From Minisyncoccota bacterium (lineage in GTDB: Bacteria > Patescibacteriota > Minisyncoccia > Phycocordibacterales > Phycocordibacteraceae): 64,000 nt of DNA. The stretch covers positions 7,988 through 71,987 of the forward strand of contig JBAYLD010000003.1 of the NCBI GenBank assembly GCA_041664265.1. Direction: 5' to 3'. The notes beneath the pieces were generated by a model. It did no database searches, had not been told where the DNA came from, and saw only the letters and a list, made by a program, of their open reading frames with translations. Positions 37,708-46,736 of the stretch are shown here, one piece after another. The translations under genes were made by a program, and so were the position numbers. Numbering within the stretch: position 1 is the first letter of the stretch; each line of letters begins with the position of its first letter.

Positions 37708-37828
37708 GGACGAACAGATTTGGTGCGATTCAAGGCGCGGGTGATTCGGCGACGGAGACGTACTCCGTTGTACGGCGGAGGAGCCGAATGGGCCCCGCAA
37801 CGCAGAAGCGCTCCGAATCTGTTCGTCC
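37708..37828. mobile_element. MITE-like 121-bp element upstream of hup
   Basis: 13-bp terminal inverted repeats ggacgaacagatt/aatctgttcgtcc with internal nested complementarity. Confidence 0.55.
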
Positions 37829-37851
37829 CGTTATAAGCTCATCACCTCTTT

Positions 37852-38124
37852 ATGAACAAAGCAGACATTGTCGACAAGGTGCATGGCGTTCTCGGCTCGA
37901 CCAAGGCCGATGCAGAGCGCGCCGTCGAGACTATGATCGATTCTATCGTTTCCGCCCTTAAGGCCGGCGACGAGGTGTCAGTCGCGGGTCTCGGCATCTT
38001 CGCGACGAAGGCCAGGCCCGCGCGCGAGGGCCGCAATCCGCGCACCGGCGAGACTATCCACATCGCGGCTTCTCGCACGGCGAAATTCCGCCCCGCAAAG
38101 GCGCTCAAGGACGCGGTCAAGTAG
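37852..38124 (+). CDS. hup: DNA-binding protein HU
   Basis: MNKADIV, V...GLGIF, REGRNPRTGE, FRPAKALKDAV. Confidence 0.96.
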   Translation: MNKADIVDKVHGVLGSTKADAERAVETMIDSIVSALKAGDEVSVAGLGIFATKARPAREGRNPRTGETIHIAASRTAKFRPAKALKDAVK

Positions 38125-38136
38125 TATGGAAGGCGA

Positions 38137-39306
38137 CTAGAGCAGATATTTCTTTTTCTTTAGTTTGTCCGGAAAATACGACCCTTGGTCGTATTTTTCG
38201 TATCCCTCGCCATACTCCAGCTCCTTCATTAGTTTGGTGACCGGATTGCGGAGCTTCTTTGGGATCGGGAGATTACCGAAGGCGCGCACGTCTGCTTGCG
38301 CAGAGCGGAGTGCGTCATACGCCGAGCGATCTTTCTTCGCGCTCGCGAGATACGCGACGCCATGAGCGAGGTTGATAGCACATTCGGGGTAGCCGATCGT
38401 CTCGCAGGCGCTGAAGACGGCATTAGCGACCACGAGCGCAGTGGGCTGGGCGAGGCCGATATCTTCTGAAGCGAATATCACCATCCTCCGGGCGATAAAG
38501 AGCGGATCTTCGCCCGCCTCGACCATCCGCGCGAGATAATAGAGCGCTGCGTCGGCTTGCGAAGCACGCATGCTTTTAATAAAGGCAGAGATAGTGTCAT
38601 AGTGCTCATCGCCCTTTTTGTCGTAGCGCAGGTGCGGCGATTCAAGCGCTTTACTTAACGTTTCTACCGTTACTGCCCCATAGAGGCTCTGTGCCCCCTC
38701 GAGCATCCCCAAGGCCCTGCGTGCATCGCCGCCCGCGTAGCCCAGGAGCCACTCGAACGCATCTTTGTTTACCTTGATCTTGGTTCGCTTAACGATAGCG
38801 CGGAGCGCCTCTTCAGAGAGCGGTTCGAGGACGAACACGCGCATCCGCGAGAGCAAGGGCGCGATAACCTCAAACGACGGATTCTCGGTCGTCGCACCGA
38901 TCAGCGTCAGCTCCCCGCTCTCGACATGGGGCAGAAGGAAGTCTTGTTGGGCCTTATTAAAGCGGTGAATTTCATCCAAGAAAAGCACGACCGGCCGTAT
39001 CTTCAATTGTTCACGACCGTTAGATTTTGGGTATATGATTTTGCGGATGTCGTCCTTGCCTGCCGAGACTGCTGAGAGTTCGAAGAGCTCCGCATCCAGC
39101 GCCCGCGCATAGATGCGTGCGATGGTCGTCTTACCCGTCCCGGGCGGGCCCCAGAGGATAAAGGAGAAGAGATGCTTCTTCTCGACAGCAACCCGCAAGG
39201 GCTTCCCTTCGCCAACAAGGTGTTCTTGTCCGACCACATCATCCAATTTTTGTGGCCGTATTTTTGCAGCTAGAGGTTTACCCTGAGCGCTGTCGAAGGG
39301 TTCCAT
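38137..39306 (-). CDS. rarA: Replication-associated recombination protein A (RarA/MgsA)
   Basis: [49 protein letters not shown]. Confidence 0.95.
   Translation of the reverse strand: MEPFDSAQGKPLAAKIRPQKLDDVVGQEHLVGEGKPLRVAVEKKHLFSFILWGPPGTGKTTIARIYARALDAELFELSAVSAGKDDIRKIIYPKSNGREQLKIRPVVLFLDEIHRFNKAQQDFLLPHVESGELTLIGATTENPSFEVIAPLLSRMRVFVLEPLSEEALRAIVKRTKIKVNKDAFEWLLGYAGGDARRALGMLEGAQSLYGAVTVETLSKALESPHLRYDKKGDEHYDTISAFIKSMRASQADAALYYLARMVEAGEDPLFIARRMVIFASEDIGLAQPTALVVANAVFSACETIGYPECAINLAHGVAYLASAKKDRSAYDALRSAQADVRAFGNLPIPKKLRNPVTKLMKELEYGEGYEKYDQGSYFPDKLKKKKYLL
39281..39300. repeat. REP-like hairpin (family D) encoding RarA N-terminal PFDSAQG
   Basis: ccctgagcgctgtcgaaggg; related cctcgacaagctcgggg at 39579-39595. 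Confidence 0.6.
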
Positions 39307-39307
39307 G

Positions 39308-39378
39308 TGCGGGACGGGAGAATCGAACTCCCGCTAAGAGATTGGAAATCTCCTGTTCTGCCACTAAACTAGTCCCGC
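39308..39378 (-). tRNA. tRNA-Gly(TCC)
   Basis: Cloverleaf gcgggac...gtcccgc-a, loop tt-tcc-aa, GTTCGA T-loop; no encoded CCA. Confidence 0.93.
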
Positions 39379-39427
39379 CTCAGAAACGAGAATAGCAGAA
39401 AATGCGATTATGCGTTAGCGTTATCGT

Positions 39428-40519
39428 ATGCGCTTCACGCCCTATCTCGGCATCGTCGTCGGCCTTATGCTGGGGGTGTTGTTTGGCACGTTCTTGGGCG
39501 GCACAAGCGTTGTTGTACCCGACGCATCGTCAACCTTCTCTCTACTCACTCCCCTCCCTGAACCAACTACTTCGACCACCTCGACAAGCTCGGGGCAAGC
39601 AAGCTCGCCGCAGGCGACTGAAACTGTCGTCCCGCCCGCGCCATCAACACCTGCGCCAGCCCCTATTGTCTCGTTACCGCCGCCAAAGAGCGTATCGCTC
39701 GATGTCTCTGCATCTGTATTGCGAGCGGCGCTGGTGAACATCATCTGCCAGGCTCCTGCCGGCAGCAAACTACGCTCCATGAGCGGCAGTGGCGTTATCG
39801 TTGACCCGAAGGGCGTTATCCTCACTAATGCGCATATTGCACAATACTTCCTTCTCAAAGATCGCGGCGTCTCCTGCAGTATTCGCTCGGGGAGTCCTGC
39901 TGTGGATCGCTACGATGCCAAGCTCGCCTACATTTCGCCCCTCTGGTTGCGTAAAAATCCAGAAGTGCTGACCAAGACAGCGCCGAGCGGGAACGGCGAA
40001 TATGATTTTGCATTTCTCGCAATCTCTCAGAGTGCGACATCTGAACCGCTTCCCGCCGTGTTTCCCTTTGTGCCGCTTGCGACGGTGCCGCCTTTCCCTG
40101 GTGCACCGGTCGTTATTGCTTCATATGGCGCGCAGTTCCTCGCGCCAGGACAGATAGCTTCTGGTCTCTCCCCTACAATCGTTTTCGGCTCGGTAAAGGA
40201 CGTGCTCACCTTCAAGTCGAACACGATCGATGTGCTCGCGCTTGGCGGCTCGGCTGCCGCACAAGAAGGATCCTCTGGTGGCGGCCTCGTTGACCCATCA
40301 GGCGATCTGGTGGGGACCATTACGACCAGCACCATCACCGGCACCACCGATACGCGCTCGTTAAACGCGATTACCGCCTCCTATATCCGTGCCGAATATG
40401 CGAGCGAGACGGGAGAGGCGCTCGACCTCCTCCTCGCCAAACCTGTTGCAGATGCTATCAGTGATTTTGCATCCCAGATCCCCGCGCTTGAAGCGATCAT
40501 TACTGCCCACCTGCCATAA
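39428..40519 (+). CDS. Membrane-anchored trypsin-like serine protease
   Basis: TM helix, P/S/T linker, GSG.IVDP.G.ILTNAH, D.A.L, EGSSGG. Confidence 0.82.
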   Translation: MRFTPYLGIVVGLMLGVLFGTFLGGTSVVVPDASSTFSLLTPLPEPTTSTTSTSSGQASSPQATETVVPPAPSTPAPAPIVSLPPPKSVSLDVSASVLRAALVNIICQAPAGSKLRSMSGSGVIVDPKGVILTNAHIAQYFLLKDRGVSCSIRSGSPAVDRYDAKLAYISPLWLRKNPEVLTKTAPSGNGEYDFAFLAISQSATSEPLPAVFPFVPLATVPPFPGAPVVIASYGAQFLAPGQIASGLSPTIVFGSVKDVLTFKSNTIDVLALGGSAAAQEGSSGGGLVDPSGDLVGTITTSTITGTTDTRSLNAITASYIRAEYASETGEALDLLLAKPVADAISDFASQIPALEAIITAHLP

Positions 40520-40627
40520 AACGGATAATCCTGCTAAGATACAAGAAACGGGGCGTAAGCGGAGCTTGCGCCCACGTTATTCCGGAGAGAATGCTATAAG
40601 GATACTTACAGCATTCTTCCTCCATAA

Positions 40628-40698
40628 CGGGGCGTAGTATACCGGTAGTACGCTTGCTTTGGGAGCAAATAGACCGAGTTCGATTCTCGGCGCCCCGA
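40628..40698 (+). tRNA. tRNA-Pro(TGG)
   Basis: cggggcg...cgccccg-a acceptor stem, loop tt-tgg-ga, GTTCGA T-loop. Confidence 0.92.
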
Positions 40699-40703
40699 CT
40701 AAC

Positions 40704-41099
40704 TTAGACGATTTGCGGCAGGTAGGAGACGCGGGCCATGCCGTCACGGCGGCGCAGCCACACGAGGCATCCGTCCACCTGCCCCTCCCCTCCCCACTTT
40801 TTCTCAAGGACATACCACTCCCCCGTTCGCGCGACCTTACGCACCTTCGCTGCATGCAAGTTGAGCGAAGGATCATACTCATCTTTTCCATCTTCCTGAC
40901 GTGGGAAATTATCGGTGAGCACTGTCTTAACTTCAACAAAATGGAGCGTATCTTCTTTTTCTGCAATCACATCGAGCTCACCGGTTTTTTTAGAAATGTT
41001 GCGGTCGCGGATGGTGAATCCGTGCCGCCGGAGGTACTCGCAGGCGACACTCTCCCCCAAGCTCCCCACCTCCTTACGGGTCTTAGAGGATAAATCCAC
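40704..41099 (-). CDS. YraN (UPF0102) family endonuclease-like protein
   Basis: G..GE..AC.YL...G..I..RN, GELDVIA, FVEVKT. Confidence 0.88.
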   Translation of the reverse strand: MDLSSKTRKEVGSLGESVACEYLRRHGFTIRDRNISKKTGELDVIAEKEDTLHFVEVKTVLTDNFPRQEDGKDEYDPSLNLHAAKVRKVARTGEWYVLEKKWGGEGQVDGCLVWLRRRDGMARVSYLPQIV

Positions 41100-41324
41100 G
41101 GCTTTTAGAAATATGGCTCATTTGCTCATTATTTCACGGACTCTCCAAAAAGTCTCCCGTCCTTTATCCCCAGTGTGAACACCTTTATACACAGTTGCAA
41201 AGTCGTTTTGAAATCACATTTTTAGCCGTTTTGCTTTGTACGGGTATCGAAATGCCGATACCTACACCTCGTTCGACGCAAAATGCACACAAGAAGACCC
41301 ATGTGCTCTTTTGACCTCACTCGG

Positions 41325-41395
41325 TGCGGGTAGGGAGAATCGAACTCCCATCTTCTGATTGGCAACCAGGCGTTCTACCATTGAACCATACCCGC
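41325..41395 (-). tRNA. tRNA-Gly(GCC)
   Basis: gcgggta...tacccgc-a, loop tt-gcc-aa, GTTCGA. Confidence 0.93.
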
Positions 41396-41402
41396 AACTG
41401 GC

Positions 41403-42083
41403 TTATATACTCTCATAGTATGCCTTATTCATCAATTCCCCGGGCAGGAGCCTCAACCACTCCAACATTTTCACCTTGAAATAAGTGCTTGAGATGCAGA
41501 TCATACACACGCCATAGGCTATCCGTCGCGTCTTATGGCGCCCCTGCATAGTACTACTTTTTGTGAAGCTCTTTAGATCGAGACCCGATTCTCGAGCCCA
41601 GTATTCCCTGCAATCCTTCTCGTTAAGATCTGGATAGACAAGCACTTGCGCCTTTATCTTGTCTTCTGGAATCCCGCAGACACGTTTAAGAAAGAACACG
41701 TACAAACGGATCAAATTTGGGTCGGTGTTGGTTAGCTTAACTGCCTGTTTTGTCAGCTTATCCCCCTCTCCCCAGTAGAGCATCAAGCCAGCGATAAAAA
41801 GCGGATTGTACTTCAATTCTTCGAAATCTCTTTTTGCTTCCTCTCGCGCCTCTGTGTACACATTTTCCAAATGATGGCCGCGTACCTTGTTTAGTTCGAT
41901 GATTCTCGTTGTGTGTTGCTTTTGCATCTCCGAGGCGAGATGCTTTTTAATTTGTTTCGACCAATCGACCTTGCTAAACCAATCAGAAAGAGTAGAAACT
42001 GGAATTTTAAGTGCATCACGAATTTCCGTATAGCTCTTACCGCTTCGGCGCAGATCAAAAGCAATTTCCTTATCTTTTCGCAT
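41403..42083 (-). CDS. HTH plus degenerate LAGLIDADG-like protein between two tRNAs
   Basis: N-terminal LRRSGKSY.EI...L.IP.STLS.W helix-turn-helix; AGLMLYWGEG followed by .TNTDP.LI. Confidence 0.7.
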   Translation of the reverse strand: MRKDKEIAFDLRRSGKSYTEIRDALKIPVSTLSDWFSKVDWSKQIKKHLASEMQKQHTTRIIELNKVRGHHLENVYTEAREEAKRDFEELKYNPLFIAGLMLYWGEGDKLTKQAVKLTNTDPNLIRLYVFFLKRVCGIPEDKIKAQVLVYPDLNEKDCREYWARESGLDLKSFTKSSTMQGRHKTRRIAYGVCMICISSTYFKVKMLEWLRLLPGELMNKAYYESI

Positions 42084-42149
42084 CCTATAATTATATACGA
42101 CGGGAGTTCGGTTATTTTTTAAACGCTTAAAAACTGTGGAAAACTTTTG

Positions 42150-42222
42150 TGCGCCCGGTAGGACTCGAACCTACAACCCCTTGCTTCGAAGGCAAGTGCT
42201 CTATCCGTTGAGCTACGGGCGC
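42150..42222 (-). tRNA. tRNA-Arg(TCG)
   Basis: gcgcccg...cgggcgc-a, stem cttgc/gcaag with loop ct-tcg-aa, GGTTCGAG. Confidence 0.94.
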
Positions 42223-42266
42223 AAAATGTCTATCTGCATACTACGTTACTGTGCTACGATTTGGAA

Positions 42267-43730
42267 ATGCTACGGCGCATCCCCTCTGAAGTCACCACCG
42301 TCTCGACGAAGCTACGTGAGGCGGGCTTCGAGTCCTATCTAGTGGGCGGATGCGTCCGCGACCTTATCATGGACCGGGAGCCCAAGGATTGGGACATCAC
42401 TACCAACGCGGCGCCAGAGCAGATCCAAGGCCTATTTCCTGATTCTTTTTATGAAAACGACTTTGGCACAGTCGGCGTGAAAACAAATTCAGAGGATCCG
42501 CGCCTCGCCATAGTGGAGATAACTCCGTATCGCACCGAATCAGGATATTCTGACAAGCGCCGGCCCGATAAGGTAGAGTTCGGCACTTCTCTCCTTGAAG
42601 ATCTTGCCCGACGCGACTTCACCATAAACGCAATCGCACTCGATGATTCTCAAGGACACATTGTTGATCCGTACGAAGGACAAAAGGACATAAAGGACAA
42701 GATGCTGCGTGCCGTCGGGACGCCTTCAGAACGTTTTAACGAAGATGCTCTGCGCATGTTGCGTGCAGTTCGATTGGTCGCTGAACTCGATTTTGGCATA
42801 GACGGCAACACCGCGATGGCAATAAGCGAAAATAGCAAGCATCTAAGCCATGTTTCATGTGAAAGGATCCGGGACGAACTCGTGAGAATCCTCATGTCGA
42901 GCCAGCCCATGAATGCGCTTATTCTCGCAGAAAAGCTCGGCATCCTTGAGTTTGTCGCTCCAGAACTCGCCAAAGCTATTGGTGTTGAGCAGAATCAGGC
43001 GCACAGTTACGATGTCTTTGAACATCTGATGAGGACAGTCCAGCATGCCGCAGACAAAGACCTCAGTCTTGAGGTACGCCTCGCTGCCCTGCTCCACGAC
43101 ATAGCAAAGACGGAGACGCGTCGCCGTTCAGATGAAAAGGGCGATTGGAGCTTCCATGGCCACGAGGTGGTTGGTTCACGTGTAACAAAGAGGATTCTCG
43201 AGAATTTGCGCTTTCCACGCGAAACAATTGATAAAGTCCTCAAACTCGTCCGTTGGCACATGTTCTTCTCTGACCCAGAACAAATTACCCTCTCTGCAGT
43301 GCGCCGCATGATAACGAACGTCGGTAAAGAAAATATATGGGATTTACTCAACCTCCGGATGTGCGATCGGATCGGCACCGGTCGGCCTAAAGAACAGCCC
43401 TTTCGGCTCCGTAAGTACACGGCGATGGTCGAACAGGCGCTCCGTGACCCTATATCGGTAGTTATGCTTAAGACCGACGGGAACCGAATTATGGAGAAGT
43501 TCCACGCGAAACCAGGACCCAACATAGGCTATGTATTGAATGCTCTTCTTGAGGACGTGCTTGAGGATCCTGATCTAAATAATGAGGAATACCTTGATAG
43601 AAAGACTGAAGAGCTCCTAAAAATGCCTGAAGAAGATCTCAGAAATCTTGGGGAATCAGGGAAGAAACGGAAAGAGGCGGAAGAAAGCAAGGAAATAGGC
43701 GAAATAATGGGGAAGTACCACGTCTCCTGA
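42267..43730 (+). CDS. cca: CCA tRNA nucleotidyltransferase with HD domain
   Basis: VGGCVRD, DWDITT, DL.RRDFTINA, EDALRMLRA.R, LLHDIAK. Confidence 0.92.
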   Translation: MLRRIPSEVTTVSTKLREAGFESYLVGGCVRDLIMDREPKDWDITTNAAPEQIQGLFPDSFYENDFGTVGVKTNSEDPRLAIVEITPYRTESGYSDKRRPDKVEFGTSLLEDLARRDFTINAIALDDSQGHIVDPYEGQKDIKDKMLRAVGTPSERFNEDALRMLRAVRLVAELDFGIDGNTAMAISENSKHLSHVSCERIRDELVRILMSSQPMNALILAEKLGILEFVAPELAKAIGVEQNQAHSYDVFEHLMRTVQHAADKDLSLEVRLAALLHDIAKTETRRRSDEKGDWSFHGHEVVGSRVTKRILENLRFPRETIDKVLKLVRWHMFFSDPEQITLSAVRRMITNVGKENIWDLLNLRMCDRIGTGRPKEQPFRLRKYTAMVEQALRDPISVVMLKTDGNRIMEKFHAKPGPNIGYVLNALLEDVLEDPDLNNEEYLDRKTEELLKMPEEDLRNLGESGKKRKEAEESKEIGEIMGKYHVS

Positions 43731-43764
43731 ATAAGTTATGTGTGAAATATGTTCCGCGCGAAAC

Positions 43765-44045
43765 AAAAAACCGCCTAACCCAAAAATGGTGGCCAGAAGC
43801 AAAAAGTGAGAAAGGGGCGTTGATGGTGCTTCCAGCCGAGAGGGGGGTCGGCGGCTTTTTATAGTGCTACCCGTATGTTCCATATGGAACGTCATGTCCT
43901 GTTGGCTTGTAGAGCGGATCGCCGCTAGCGCAGACAGACACCGCAAGAAATACGGAAAGCGAAAGATCAATCAAAGAACTACCAACAGGAGACGGGACCT
44001 CACCGAAGTAACGAGCCATCTCCTCCTTAGTGAAGAGTAGCGGGT
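43765..44045 (-). ncRNA. Candidate structured non-coding RNA, family unknown
   Basis: Minus-strand stems with G-U pairs, cUUCGg loop, terminal stem with U tail. Confidence 0.4.
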
Positions 44046-44117
44046 GTAAAGGACAGTGTAAAGGACACCACTGTGGATAACATGTCCTTTATCTGGCACT
44101 ACCTGGTAGTACTGGGC

Positions 44118-44885
44118 TTATGAGAGCGTTATTGAGATAGGGCAGTGGTCGGAGCCATAAATGTCGGAGTGGATCTCGGCTCTCTTGATTTGCTTCATAA
44201 GCTCGCTCGCAACAAAAAAATAATCCAAGCGCCAGCCGACATTCCGGTCGCGCGCCCGACTCTTCAAATCCCAATAAGAATAGGCCTCTTTCGTTTGCGG
44301 ATGGAAATGGCGGAAGGAGTCAACGTATCCCGCATCTATTACCTCATCAATCCACGCGCGTTCTTGGGGGAGAAAGCCAGTATTCTCCTCATTTTCTTTC
44401 GGCCGTGCCAAGTCTATTTCTTCATGGGCGGTGTTCACATCGCCGCAGAATATGACCGGCTTCTGCTTTCGTAATTTTTTGGCAAAGGCGAGAAAAGCGT
44501 CATAAAATCGCATCTTATAATCAAGACGCTCGGGGCCCATCCCGCCGTTCGGGAAGTAAGCGTTCAGGAGCCAGAAATCCTCATATTCTGCGCCGACAAG
44601 GCGTCCTTCTTGGTCGAATTCTTGTATCCCCATGCCATACATCACCTGCAAAGGCTCGATTTTGGAGTAGAGCGCCACGCCGCTGTAACCCTTCTTGACC
44701 TGCGAAGAGGAGAAGAAAGATGAGAAGCCCGCCACCTCGCGCAGCCCATCTGGCAGCTGCTCCGGGCTCGCTTTGGTCTCTTGGAGGCAGAAAATGTCGG
44801 GCTTTGTGCCTCTCAAAAACTCCTCCCAGTAGCCATTCTTTGAGAGCGAGCGGAGCCCGTTCACGTTCCACGAGACGATCTTCAT
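44118..44885 (-). CDS. xth: Exodeoxyribonuclease III
   Basis: SWNVNGLR, LQETK, GYSGVA, YFPNG, GDVN.AH, GWRLDY, GSDHCP. Confidence 0.96.
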   Translation of the reverse strand: MKIVSWNVNGLRSLSKNGYWEEFLRGTKPDIFCLQETKASPEQLPDGLREVAGFSSFFSSSQVKKGYSGVALYSKIEPLQVMYGMGIQEFDQEGRLVGAEYEDFWLLNAYFPNGGMGPERLDYKMRFYDAFLAFAKKLRKQKPVIFCGDVNTAHEEIDLARPKENEENTGFLPQERAWIDEVIDAGYVDSFRHFHPQTKEAYSYWDLKSRARDRNVGWRLDYFFVASELMKQIKRAEIHSDIYGSDHCPISITLS

Positions 44886-44922
44886 GTAATCTTAGTATAC
44901 CGCGTGGTGATATGATGAATAC

Positions 44923-45396
44923 ATGACATTTATTATTTTAGGGAAACCATTGCTGTTTTGGTTTGGGCTCCTGGCGATCGTGAGTCTCATCTTTCAGTTC
45001 TATTTAGGATACAAGATAACGCACGGCCGCTCTGATTGGTTCAAATACCACAAGCTAAACGCGGGCATTCTCGGGCTTCTTGTTGGCGTGCATGTACTAT
45101 TCGGTCTCTCGCTCTATCTTTTTCCTCCCGCTCCTTCTTCTTTGGTGCCGCAAGGCACGGCGTCAGTGTCTATCGGTAGCTACGCCTTTGATCCAGAGAC
45201 GATAACTATCAAGAGGGGAGAGAGCGTGGTGTGGATTAATAACGATCCAATTTCGCACCAAATCTCGGGCGGGAGCATGAGTAGCCCCTTGTTTGGTAAG
45301 GGCGAGACATATACGTATGCCTTCGATACCGCCGGAACGTTCGAATATACCTGCAACATCCACCCATTCATGAAAGGGACGGTCGTAGTGAAATAG
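44923..45396 (+). CDS. Membrane protein with C-terminal cupredoxin (plastocyanin-like) domain
   Basis: Two TM helices, F.PETITI..G..V.W.N.D...H, Y.C.IHP.M.G. Confidence 0.85.
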   Translation: MTFIILGKPLLFWFGLLAIVSLIFQFYLGYKITHGRSDWFKYHKLNAGILGLLVGVHVLFGLSLYLFPPAPSSLVPQGTASVSIGSYAFDPETITIKRGESVVWINNDPISHQISGGSMSSPLFGKGETYTYAFDTAGTFEYTCNIHPFMKGTVVVK

Positions 45397-45399
45397 TTT

Positions 45400-46305
45400 T
45401 TACGAGCCGCTACGGGAGTGATACTTCTTATGTATTTCACGCAGGTGCGCGTCGGTGATGTGCGTGTAGATCTGGGTGGTGTTGATCGAGGCGTGGCCGA
45501 GGAGCTGTTGCACTGAGCGGATATCGGCGCCGTTGTTGAGGAGGTCGGTCGCGAAGACGTGGCGGAGGACATGCGGCGTCATCTTCTTGGTGATGCCAGC
45601 CTTCATCGCATACTTCTTGATGATGCGTTCGACCGAGCGGGGCGTGAGGCGCGAGGGGATATTCTTCCCGACAGGGATGTTCACAAAAAGCGCCTCTGCC
45701 ATATCCTTGCGTGCTTTGAGATACACTGCGACGGCGCTCTTGGCAGCGGGGGAGAGGAAAACAACACGGACTTTCTCGCCCTTGCCGCGCACCGAGAACG
45801 AGTCTTGGGAGAGATCGAGGTCGTTATCGAGTGAACAGAGCTCAGAGACGCGGAGCCCGGTCGAGAAAAAGAGCTCTAAGATAGCTTTGTCGCGTACCTC
45901 GCAAAGCTCGGTGCCGTCGGTCGCTTCGAGAAGGCGCTTCAGCTCGGTGGGGGAGATAAGATCGAGCTCGCGCTCGGGGAGCTTGGCGAGCTCGATCTTC
46001 TCGGGCGAGATGGCACTGATGTCGCGCTTCCTTAAGAACTTCAAGAATGCGCGGAGGGCGATCATATAGTAGTTCTGGGTGCGACGCTTCATGGAGCCGC
46101 TGCCTGTGCCGGATTGGCGATTGAGCCAGAGGCGAAATTCGCGAATATTCTGCTCGGTGATGTCGCTGACGCTCTTTATCCCTATTTGGACGAAATAACG
46201 GGTGAGGTAGTGATCATAATTCTCAATAGTCTTTACCGCGCGCCCGCGCTCGATCTCAATATATTCAAGAAATTGCCGCTTTGCCGCTTCTGCTTCCATA
46301 GACAT
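45400..46305 (-). CDS. XerC/XerD-like tyrosine recombinase
   Basis: STGLRVSEL, GKG.K.R, TPHVLRH.FAT.LL..GADIRSVQ.LLGH....TTQIYTH. Confidence 0.92.
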   Translation of the reverse strand: MSMEAEAAKRQFLEYIEIERGRAVKTIENYDHYLTRYFVQIGIKSVSDITEQNIREFRLWLNRQSGTGSGSMKRRTQNYYMIALRAFLKFLRKRDISAISPEKIELAKLPERELDLISPTELKRLLEATDGTELCEVRDKAILELFFSTGLRVSELCSLDNDLDLSQDSFSVRGKGEKVRVVFLSPAAKSAVAVYLKARKDMAEALFVNIPVGKNIPSRLTPRSVERIIKKYAMKAGITKKMTPHVLRHVFATDLLNNGADIRSVQQLLGHASINTTQIYTHITDAHLREIHKKYHSRSGS

Positions 46306-46382
46306 ATGATAACACTACGTCGCACAATATGTGATTACGCAAAACTTGCACATTTAGGCAAGGCGTGGTAAGGTGACGGGAC

Positions 46383-46649
46383 ATGCTTACCACGAAGAAA
46401 AAGACGGCGGTTATAAGCGGTATTGCCCGCCACGACACCGACACCGGCTCACCGGATGTGCAGGTCGCGCTCCTCTCGAAGCAGATTGATGAGCTCGCCA
46501 AGCACTTGAAGAAGAATCCGAAGGATATCCACTCGCGCCGCGGCCTCTTGCAGATGGTCGCCAACCGCCGGTCGCATCTCCGCTATCTTGAGGCCAACGA
46601 CAAGCGCCGCTACAATGCGGTGATCAAAAAGCTCGGTTTGAAGAAATAA
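46383..46649 (+). CDS. rpsO: 30S ribosomal protein S15
   Basis: DTGSPDVQVALL, KD.HSRRGLL.MV..RR. Confidence 0.97.
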   Translation: MLTTKKKTAVISGIARHDTDTGSPDVQVALLSKQIDELAKHLKKNPKDIHSRRGLLQMVANRRSHLRYLEANDKRRYNAVIKKLGLKK

Positions 46650-46677
46650 GTTTTTCTAAGTGGTATCATACGGATAG

Positions 46678-46695
46678 CTCCGCCAGCTGGCGGAG
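46678..46695. repeat. 18-bp perfect palindrome in the leader of the NYN gene
   Basis: ctccgccag|ctggcggag. Confidence 0.6.
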
Positions 46696-46736
46696 GGACA
46701 CGTTTTATTATTTTATTTACATAAGCATTTATTTAT

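Noticed and set aside
38985-39035. Possible palindromic insert in RarA ([14 protein letters not shown])
   Set aside because: The loop length looks near normal for the family, and no clear inverted repeat or second copy is visible
45400-46305. Tyrosine recombinase as a prophage or island integrase
   Set aside because: About 300 aa with XerC/D-type motifs, flanked by rpsO and xth, with no cargo or att repeats seen
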